DNA of 63,461 nucleotides, the filler included, from Folioceros fuciformis (lineage: Eukaryota), in the NCBI GenBank assembly GCA_049999805.1. It is 11 parts of 11 records of this genome, joined end to end, with 100 filler letters (N's around TTAATTAATTAA, not from the genome) between each part and the next. Parts side by side here need not be neighbours in the genome. Positions count along the whole stretch, not along the records: positions 55,089 to 61,829 come from JBNGIO010000964.1; positions 61,930 to 63,461 come from JBNGIO010000979.1; 9 more parts are not named here. One strand, 5' to 3'. A program made the position numbers and the translations under genes. The first letter of the stretch is position 1, and the number at the start of each line of letters is the position of its first letter. Positions 61,249 through 63,461 of this stretch are shown here, in pieces. Under the pieces are notes generated by a model. It was given only the letters and a program-made list of their open reading frames with translations, made no database searches and had not been told where the DNA came from.

Positions 61249-61829
61249 TTAGGCATAAAGGTGAGAGTGGGATCGAAGTGCGGGCACGGCTCGTAGCGGC
61301 GTGGCCCGGGCCAGCGTCAGCTTCAGGTTCTCCGACATGTCCAAATCTTGGGGCCGCTTGATGTCGGCCGGCAGCGACCAGGCGACGGCGTGCAAAAGCG
61401 TGGCGATGGCGAGCGGGATGGTGATGAGCGCCATGGCCGCCCCCGGGCACCCTCGCCGTCCCGCTCCAAATGCGCACACCTCCAGCCCTTTCCCCAGCCC
61501 CCGCACGTCCACCTCCGTGCCCGGGCCCTGCAGAAAGCGCTGCGGCTGGAACTGGTCCGGGTCCGCCCAAACCGCTGGGTCGCGCCCCACCGCCCACGCG
61601 TTCACGATGGCGATGGTGTTGGCGGGCACGTCGAAGCCCGCCACCTTGGTGTCCTCCATAGCGCAGTGCGAGATGAGGAGCGGTGCGATCGGGTACATCC
61701 GCAGCGCCTCCTTCACCACCGCCTCGATGTAAGGCAGCTGCGCCAGGTCTGACTCCCGCACCCCGCGCTCTTGCCCCACCACTCTGTCCACCTCCTCCTG
61801 GGCCTTGCCGAGGACGTCGGGCCTGCGGA
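61249..61829 (-). CDS. Cytochrome P450 (CYP71-clan-like), C-terminal part, 5'-truncated by the gap
   Basis: KAQEEVDRVVG, KEALRMYP (ExxR), NAWAVGRDP, FQPQRF (PERF), FGAGRRGCPG heme motif. Confidence 0.93.
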
Positions 61830-62215
61830 NNNNNNNNNNNNNNNNNNNNNNNNNNNNNNNNNNNNNNNNNNNNTTAATTAATTAANNNNNNNNNNNNNNN
61901 NNNNNNNNNNNNNNNNNNNNNNNNNNNNNCACCATGCTGTCCTCCGCTGAAGATGAATAGGTTCCCGCTGCTGATTCTTCTAAAAAATTGCTCTCCTCGG
62001 AGGAATCTTCATCCGAGGAGGATGACTCCCTCTTCTGAAGCTATATATATATATAGCTTATATAGTAGTACAGCCATTAGGTTAGTTAAGTCAAGTATAG
62101 AATAAACCCTAGGTTGACCGGTTCTTATGGTTATAACCGTGTAACCACTTCCAGGCACCTGCACACATAAGAGTGTGGCCGTGCTCACGTTAATGTAATG
62201 AATCCAAAACCATTC

Positions 62216-62700
62216 ATGGTATTAGAGCATGTGTTTGCGGTGATTTTGCTCTGCTTGCAATTGCGCCATAATCGCTAATGCTATCTTCATTGTGGAGCAC
62301 TGGCTTTCTGCCTGGGTATGCAGATTAGCATAGATAGGAAACGAAGGAGAATATTCATGCATAAGTCAAAGTATATATACCAGATCCTTGCACAGTTTCA
62401 GAGGACAAATTGTAAGCCAATATCAACTCCCCTTGAGCAGAATGTAAAGTACAAGGCACAAGTGGGGGAAGTGGAGCTTATTGCCAAGGAAGATCGCCTG
62501 GTGACACAGTTTCCATACCATCCCTCAGCGGCACTGTGATGTACCTGATGTTGGGGACACGACCAGATCTTGCATATGCTGTTGGTATGCTGTCATAGTT
62601 CCTTTCAAATCCAGTGATGGCTCATTGGCAAGCAATGCGAAGAGTGTTTAGGTACATGAAAGCAACTGAGGACTAGGGCTTACTGTATAGCGCCGATGCA
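62216..62700 (+). mobile_element. Copia relic: PBS-like site plus degenerate RT fragment
   Basis: TGGTATTAGAGC; LGMQISIDR, CKPISTPLE, MYLMLGTRPDLAYAVG, HWQAMRRVFRY. Confidence 0.8.
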
Positions 62701-63334
62701 GCGGGAGCTCTTTGTGGAGGCAAAACCCCGGGCACTTATTGCCGACGGGTTCCACCTTTAGTGGCCACACTTATCCCACTGTCGTTGAGACATTGGGTTT
62801 CGTTCCCACGAAGGAGCGATGGGGTTCCTTGCTGCTGTGGATGGAGGGTCGGACTTGATCAACTCGATGATGGATTCGAGGGCTCCCCTCCAGCTCCGAT
62901 CAGGCGTAGGACAGGCCTCGCTGTCCGGCGGTCAGCTGCACCTCTCTCGGTGCCCACAAACTCACTCTTGTCACTACAACGACCCTAACCTCTCAGATCT
63001 GTGACTTCCCTCACTCACTTCACTCACACTCTTACTCCAGCACCAACACCAACAACTACCAGCAACCAGCAACGACACCACTACCTTCTACACTTCCCTA
63101 CGGACTCCTCCTACCCGGCAAGAGTCACTAGACTAACTCCAAACAAAAGGACAAAGGGAACACACTCCCCTCTTGGGTATCTCCTCCCCACAACCTTACC
63201 AGACGCCATGAGACATGGCCGGCCTACAACACTTGACCAAGCAAGGAACAAGAGTGGACAGGTCGAGAGGAAGACACACCCTTTACAATCAAGAGCTAGG
63301 GGCAAGCCCCTTCACCCTGGTCATTACACCTTGT

Positions 63335-63461
63335 GATCCTACCAGACACTATACAACCGGCAACACGCTGCCCGCGATCCTACCAGACACTGTACAGCCG
63401 GCAACACGCTGCCTGCGATCCTACCAGATACTGTACAGCCGGCAACACACGGCTTGCGATC
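63335..63461 (+). repeat. 41-bp tandem repeat, 3 or more copies, running off the window end
   Basis: GATCCTACCAGACACTGTACAGCCGGCAACACGCTGCCTGC units at 63335, 63376, 63417 and 63458. Confidence 0.9.

Noticed and set aside
57319-61829. PP2C, secreted peptide and P450 as a biosynthetic gene cluster
   Set aside because: Only proximity supports it; gene density is high throughout and no processing enzyme (BURP, AEP, POP) is visible.

Overview
Eukaryotic nuclear DNA from a land plant, most likely a non-seed plant (inferred from short 80-200 nt introns, very compact gene spacing and GC-rich 5' exons). The window is not continuous: ten identical 100-nt spacers (44 N + TTAATTAATTAA + 44 N) join 11 contigs, so adjacency across spacers is unverified. 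Genes seen: the 3' half of a PDR-type ABCG transporter, an intronless STP sugar transporter, a TTC4/Cns1-type TPR co-chaperone (one U12 AT-AC intron and one GC-AG intron), an OFUT30-like O-fucosyltransferase, intronless MPP-beta, an F-box protein, PRP19/MAC3, V-ATPase subunit H, an intronless PP2C, an orphan secreted Cys-rich protein and the 3' end of a CYP71-clan P450. The rest is mostly decayed transposons: several Ty1/copia copies, gypsy-like gag relics, L1-type ORF1, a CRE-like RLE non-LTR element and a PIF/Harbinger carrying a nested LTR relic, plus minisatellites. The best novel candidate is the secreted protein at 59213-59770. It has two homologous Cys-rich modules, a basic linker site and terminal [D/N]PFRP motifs, and is followed by a 23-bp repeat that re-encodes F-R-P-stop in all three frames.
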